Part shown: positions 58,873-64,000 of the stretch, one piece after another
How positions within the stretch are numbered: position 1 is the stretch's first letter
Layout: the number at the start of each line of letters is the position of its first letter
Assembly: GCA_963706285.1 (NCBI GenBank)
Contig: CAVPLU010000003.1
Coordinates: 152,808-216,807 of the forward strand
Direction of reading: 5' to 3'
DNA: 64,000 nt
Source of the DNA: Candidatus Bathyarchaeota archaeon
Lineage (GTDB): Archaea > Thermoproteota > Bathyarchaeia > 40CM-2-53-6
Notes under the pieces: model-generated
Database searches by the model: none
Told to the model about the DNA's origin: nothing
The model's input: the letters and a program-made list of their open reading frames with translations, nothing else
Position numbers and translations under genes: made by a program

Positions 58873-60468
58873 TTGCGAAGGATTTTGTCTGGACCTCATC
58901 GAGCCTCAAAACCTGGCCACGATAGAAGAGAGCTTGAACCCTTCAGTGACACGCTCCCGTTGGACCACAATGTACCTGTACGCCTCGGACCGTCTTCACC
59001 CAAGCGTTGGGAGTTGTGCCAGAATGAACTTCGCGAAGGAATTGGCACACTTGAGGAGCGGCTGAGTGGCCACGGCATCTATCTGCTTGATCAGATCGTG
59101 TGGGAGACAGCCACCGGCAAGCGGATCAGGTACCCATATTGGGTGCAGAGTCAGAAAGACCGCTTGAACGAGCTGTTTGATAGGCTAATCAACAATAGAG
59201 ACCTCGGTATATCCCGTCCCGACCCGCGACGCAATCTTGCGCTTCGTAACAAACCAAGCGGCACACGTAACATGTTTCTGACCGCTGATGAGGCTTTCGA
59301 CATCTACGCGGCACATGTTGCACATGTCTTCTACCTGGAAGCTACACGTGCATTACCTTGGTCGGTGCTAGGCTTGCCGAGCGTTGAATTGGAGGAACTG
59401 TTATCTTCGGATCGTTATCATTCGAGGATTGTACCTTCTTCTCTCGCGACTGCTTCAGATCCGTACTATCCTAGTCACATTCGCCCTGACCGCGACTTCC
59501 AGCTACCTTACCGTGTCAACCTCACCCATGGTGTTGGACTCGTATGCGATCCTAGAGACGGCTACCGTTTTCTCCATGGCGACAATTCGACGACACATCA
59601 GAACCTGATCGGGTCAAACGAAAGGGAAACTATGGAGAACCTGACGTTTTGGTGTGCGTCTAATGTGGCGCATGGAGGTAGTGCGGAGGACCTTACTGTG
59701 GATCACATGGTCAGCCATAACTTCTTGAGAGACCGTCTAAGCGCTGAACACCGCGTCTTCACCAGAAGCGACGGCACCGTTAGCGATGAATTCACGATGG
59801 TCATCGCACCTCATGGTTGCCATTCTGCTTCGAATCTGCTCCATGACCTGGCCCACAGCGTCAACATTCCATTGTTGAATGTGACATCAACCGACTACGG
59901 ACGCGGCCTCCATCAGGGGTTGATGTATCATTGGGGCAGGGACGCACGCATGCTGTATAGTGCCGATGACATTTTCGCTGAAGGCTTCAATGCGTTCTTC
60001 CCAATTGTTGACGATAGAGAAGGGACTGACCGAGAAGCCAAACAATTGTTCTTTGAGGTTCACTGGTCGCCTCTCAGCACACTTGAATCGTGGGGTTTTT
60101 CGAACAGCAACGACTATTCGCTAGTTCCTAATCCTGACCCTAGCGGCGCGGGACGCGCAGACGATAATCCAGACCTCGGCGTTGTAGGCACCAAATGGCC
60201 AGATCTAGCTGACTGGCATGCCTTCCTTTTGGAGAAAAGGTACCAACTCTGCGGATGGCAATACTACATCGAGCTTTATTGCAGGAATAGCGCGACCTTC
60301 GAAAGTACCCTTTCCAGAGATATGTCCCCTAGATCGCGACCGTTCGAGCAGTTAGGAGGCCGCGCGTCAGCATGCACAAGAATCTACGGTGGATGTCCAC
60401 AACTCACCCGGCGATACAAGAACTTCCTGAATAGTAGAGGATCCAACACTTGGACGTCTCACCTATGA
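58873..60468 (+). CDS. Hypothetical protein with a possible transglutaminase-like (Cys-His-Asp) core
   Basis: 531-aa ORF; HGCHSASNLLHDLAHSVNIP...GLHQGL...LYSADD spacing resembles transglutaminase-like cores. Confidence 0.55.
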   Translation: MRRILSGPHRASKPGHDRRELEPFSDTLPLDHNVPVRLGPSSPKRWELCQNELREGIGTLEERLSGHGIYLLDQIVWETATGKRIRYPYWVQSQKDRLNELFDRLINNRDLGISRPDPRRNLALRNKPSGTRNMFLTADEAFDIYAAHVAHVFYLEATRALPWSVLGLPSVELEELLSSDRYHSRIVPSSLATASDPYYPSHIRPDRDFQLPYRVNLTHGVGLVCDPRDGYRFLHGDNSTTHQNLIGSNERETMENLTFWCASNVAHGGSAEDLTVDHMVSHNFLRDRLSAEHRVFTRSDGTVSDEFTMVIAPHGCHSASNLLHDLAHSVNIPLLNVTSTDYGRGLHQGLMYHWGRDARMLYSADDIFAEGFNAFFPIVDDREGTDREAKQLFFEVHWSPLSTLESWGFSNSNDYSLVPNPDPSGAGRADDNPDLGVVGTKWPDLADWHAFLLEKRYQLCGWQYYIELYCRNSATFESTLSRDMSPRSRPFEQLGGRASACTRIYGGCPQLTRRYKNFLNSRGSNTWTSHL

Positions 60469-60696
60469 CCCCGACCCCGCACCTTCGGGAAAACTACATT
60501 CTACCCACGCTTGCCCCCCTTACACGTGGACTTCCACGGCCCCACTAGTTGTTCCACGTGGTAGCGAAAAATCAGCCCTTATGATATATCCCCCCCGCAC
60601 CAAGTGACCCTCGACGACGAGAACCGACAGAAACATCAATCCAAAATCGGAAGGCAACACGAACTAGAACGCGATAGGACGCTTGGATTCAATCGT

Positions 60697-61440
60697 TTAG
60701 GATTTTGCGATGCCCCAGGCTACTAGTGCACTATGCAACATGTTTGCTGCGATAGCTGCCAGAATTATTGCCATAAGCCGACTCCCAGCCAGCATGCCGT
60801 TCTTTCCTATGACTCGTGCGATCCTATCGGAGTATCTGAGTGTCAGGTACACGGCTCCAGCAGCAATGACTCCTCCGAGTAACACGTTAATGAGGCTCTG
60901 TGTACTCGCGAGAACAATCAGCGTAGTCATGGTTCCAGGACCAACCAGAAGTGGTGTTGCGAGCGGAACGATTGCAACCTGTTCCATATCCACCGTCTTC
61001 GTCCTTACAGTTCCTCCAAGCATGTCGATTGCGAGTATCATCAACAACACTCCTCCACCTAGTTCGAAACTCTCCACAGTAACCTGCAGCGCATTCAGGA
61101 TCAGCTGGCCGAATAGAGCAAAAGAAAAAATCAGAGCAATGACGATCAGAACGGTAGTGTTCACGAACTTCATCCTGTTATCCTCCACCGCATTCTCAGT
61201 GTATATCATGAAAGTCGGGAGGGCGCTGAGCGGGTTAATGATCGCGAAGAGCTGAATGGAAGTGTTGATGATGTCCCGCGCGTTGAACGAGACTAGCCCA
61301 CCAGGGCCTCGTGTGACTAATCTCATTACGACAAGCCCAACAAGAGCGAGCACAATCACGATTGCTGTCCATCTAATGATCCTCTGATACTTCGCCAAGT
61401 GAAGGTGCGTCATCAACGCGGCATCCCTCAGACCACTCAA
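60697..61440 (-). CDS. marC: MarC family integral membrane protein with an extra N-terminal TM
   Basis: LFAIINPLSALP, GGVLLMILAIDML, VPLATPLLVGPG, SRLMAIILAAIA. Confidence 0.88.
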   Translation of the reverse strand: MSGLRDAALMTHLHLAKYQRIIRWTAIVIVLALVGLVVMRLVTRGPGGLVSFNARDIINTSIQLFAIINPLSALPTFMIYTENAVEDNRMKFVNTTVLIVIALIFSFALFGQLILNALQVTVESFELGGGVLLMILAIDMLGGTVRTKTVDMEQVAIVPLATPLLVGPGTMTTLIVLASTQSLINVLLGGVIAAGAVYLTLRYSDRIARVIGKNGMLAGSRLMAIILAAIAANMLHSALVAWGIAKS

Positions 61441-61794
61441 CCATAAGATGGATTCATGAGGGTTTCAACGTTCCGGCTCTCTGCGGTTGGCGTAATTGGG
61501 GGAATCTTTCCTGTATGTATGCACCATGCTTTCCCATATGCACGAATGAATCATGAAACCCTATTCTTGACATTGATGTCAGAGTGATCTGAACTGTGGC
61601 TCTCATTCAAGTGTGGCTGATCTTGTTCTTGACTCGTTTTCGCCACTTTCTATTTCAGGCATTTCCAACGCGAGATTTTTCGAGAAGGAAATGCGAAACC
61701 TCTGATTGCCGTCGTTCAACAAATAGAACGAATAATCCGCAGTCTTTCTTCTCCACGCAGGCTCGATGATGACATGTTCTAAACTGTAGCTTAA

Positions 61795-62646
61795 ATGAGT
61801 ACAGTCAACTGTCGTACTCAGAGAACCATGACAGACTCTAACAAATTGAATTACGTAACCGCGCTCGCGATCATAGCTCTACTCATCGTAAGCGTCTTCG
61901 CGATCACACGACCAGCAACGACAGTCAGCGGAACAGGAACCTTAGCACAAAAGACCATCACGGTCAACGGCGTTGGAACAGTCGAGACAGCACCCGATGA
62001 AGCCATACTCGTTCTCGCCGTCACAAACCAAGCTAAAACGGCGGATCAAGCGGCGAAAGACAACGCAGACACCGCTAGCCGAGTAGTAGAAGCCATCCTC
62101 GGTCTAAGCTCCCTGAGCAAACCCATCACAAAAGCGGACATCACTACCACCGACTACAGCCTCACGCCAGTCTATTCATACGACAAATGCGTCACTGCTA
62201 CTGAAGTACGGCCACCAGACGATACTAAACCAGAAGTAACCTGCACCCCCACTACGCCACAGCTAATCGGCTATGCAGTCCGCAACGCGATCAAGATAAC
62301 CGTCAAGGACATGACTTCGATTGGCAAGGTGCTGGACGTGGCCACTGGGGCTGGAGCGAACGAGGTCAGCGGAATCACCTTCACCTTTACGAGCGGCACG
62401 TATGCAGACCTGAAGAAACAGGCTCTCAAGAATGCCGTCCAGGACGCGTCGGGGCAAGCTCAGACCATGGCGACCGCGCTCGGAGTTCACATCGCTGGGG
62501 TCGTGTCCGTGAACCCGTCGTACGTGTATCAGCCATACATCAACTACAAAGCAGCAGATGTCAGCAGTGGAGCATCGACTCCGATTCAGACAGGAACGTT
62601 ACAGGTCACCGTGAACGTACAAGTAATCTACGAAATATCCGCATAG
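61795..62646 (+). CDS. SIMPL (DUF541) domain protein
   Basis: TITVNG.GTV..APD, I.TTDYSL.PVY, GY..RN, AGANEVSGITF, PIQTG. Confidence 0.88.
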   Translation: MSTVNCRTQRTMTDSNKLNYVTALAIIALLIVSVFAITRPATTVSGTGTLAQKTITVNGVGTVETAPDEAILVLAVTNQAKTADQAAKDNADTASRVVEAILGLSSLSKPITKADITTTDYSLTPVYSYDKCVTATEVRPPDDTKPEVTCTPTTPQLIGYAVRNAIKITVKDMTSIGKVLDVATGAGANEVSGITFTFTSGTYADLKKQALKNAVQDASGQAQTMATALGVHIAGVVSVNPSYVYQPYINYKAADVSSGASTPIQTGTLQVTVNVQVIYEISA

Positions 62647-63007
62647 AACAACCACATCTTTCTTCTTCTAACTAGTCCAGTCTCACTGCGTGTCCCGGAC
62701 AAGGGGAGAGAATCCCCTCCACTTCACTTTGGTCGCGCAGAGTTGGCGGATCTAGCTGCTTCGCGTTTGTGGGCGAGACTCCAGCGTGATTAGTGCACAA
62801 CTTCACCGCAGACGAGGCATAGGAAGGCGGCTTGATGTTCACCTTTGAATCGGACCATTTCCTGAAGCATCGGATGCTCACACTCGCCGGAATATGGGAT
62901 TGGAGTCATGCAAACGGGATTGTTCGGCTCTAAGAAAAACGATGAGGCAACTAAAGCAAGAGTCTTAAGGTAACGTGCTCGTATTTCGATTTGCTGGTTA
63001 GGGCGGG

Positions 63008-64000
63008 TTGGCTGGCACTAGGCGCAGGTTCTCATCCTCAGTGACTATCGAACTGGCCATCTTGATTTTAGTGATTGGCTTGTTGGTTTTGTCTCCGTCA
63101 GTCTACGCTGATACGACGTACTGGGCAAAGAGCTACGGGGGAACAAACCGTGATACTGCTTACGTAGTCGAACAGACTTCCGATCTCGGTTATCTGCTTG
63201 TTGGCACGACATCATCCTTTGGTGCTGGAGGAGTTGACGTGTGGGTTCTCAAGCTGAGCGCAAGCGGCAGCGTAGAGTGGCAGAGAACCTACGGCGGAGC
63301 CGCGGAGGATGTGGCAATGTCAGCGCATCAGACCTTGGATGGAGGATACATAGTTGCTGGATACACGGCCTCTTTCGGCGATCCGGATTATGACATGTGG
63401 GTTTTGAAGCTGAACTCAGTTGGCGGCATAATATGGGAGTATGCCTACGGTGCGGATAATCAAGAGTTCGCCAGCTTCGTCGAACAGACGAACGATGGAG
63501 GCTACATACTAGGCGGTCGGACGAATTCCATCATAGCATCGGCACCGGACTTTTGGGCATTGAAGCTCGATTCAAGTGGGGTCGCGATGTGGGATAGAAC
63601 TTACAGTCTGGACGCGGACAGGAGAATCGAGGCAATCCATCAGACAAGCGACAACGGCTACATTCTTGCAGGGACAACAAGCTCCGGCATGTCGTCGGTT
63701 GCTTGGGTGATAAAGACTGATGTCAACGGCAACATCGTTTGGGAAAGGACTTACGATCCAGGTCTCGGTGCCGACGTGGAAGAGATACAGGTAACCTCAG
63801 ACGGCGGGTACGTGCTGATCGCTGAAGCGTTAACTGCGGGCGGGGATCAGGATTTCTGGGTACTCAAGCTGAAGTCGAATGGTGACGTCGATTGGGAAAG
63901 GACGTATGGGGGAAACGGAGAGGAAGATGCTCAACCGATCCGCCAGACAAGTGATGGCGGATACATAATGGCTGGTGAAACAAGATCGTTCGGCTCAGGC
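63008..64000 (+). CDS. Secreted beta-propeller repeat surface protein (3'-truncated by window)
   Basis: TTG start and signal peptide, then about 50-aa repeats W.[KR][ST]YGG...QTSDGGY...G.T.SFG...D.WVLKL...G; the frame is open to the end of the window. Confidence 0.8.
   Translation, partial: MAGTRRRFSSSVTIELAILILVIGLLVLSPSVYADTTYWAKSYGGTNRDTAYVVEQTSDLGYLLVGTTSSFGAGGVDVWVLKLSASGSVEWQRTYGGAAEDVAMSAHQTLDGGYIVAGYTASFGDPDYDMWVLKLNSVGGIIWEYAYGADNQEFASFVEQTNDGGYILGGRTNSIIASAPDFWALKLDSSGVAMWDRTYSLDADRRIEAIHQTSDNGYILAGTTSSGMSSVAWVIKTDVNGNIVWERTYDPGLGADVEEIQVTSDGGYVLIAEALTAGGDQDFWVLKLKSNGDVDWERTYGGNGEEDAQPIRQTSDGGYIMAGETRSFGSG

Noticed and set aside
60500-60570. Minus-strand GGGGCCGTGG inside a CACGTGGA/TCCACGTG stem, considered as a split tRNA-Pro half or att site
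   Set aside because: No D-arm, T-arm or BHB geometry follows; more simply a hairpin between convergent genes.

Overview
Archaeal chromosomal DNA from a TACK-type lineage, most like Bathyarchaeia (rps30e, archaeal CCA-adding enzyme, NurA/HerA, Trm11, BHB-intron tRNAs). The taxonomy is inferred from gene content only. 1-24.6 kb is mostly housekeeping: a winged-helix paralog cluster with nurA-herA, pyrK, rps30e, trmO, and a cca/thpR/rnz/trm11/prs block. It also holds two heavily interrupted tRNA genes and a three-gene membrane Fe-S redox operon. 24.6-52.7 kb is an amine/amino-acid/alcohol catabolic region (divergent GcvP, two APC permeases, two class-III aminotransferases, AOR, ADHs, LhgO). 54.7-60.5 kb is an accessory stretch of orphan genes with a 72-bp direct repeat. 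Main signals: (i) a tRNA-Pro(GGG) gene split by five BHB-type introns, none at the canonical 37/38 site; (ii) a tRNA-Gly(TCC) with three introns; (iii) 5' leaders of both tRNAs that copy the acceptor-stem strand; (iv) an orphan hydrogenase-small-subunit domain fused to an exported CxCH/Ig-like domain, in an operon with no catalytic subunit. At least seven genes carry single-base frameshifts, mostly insertions, which suggests uncorrected read errors. Single-nucleotide oddities therefore need read-level confirmation. All assignments were made by eye, with no database searches.
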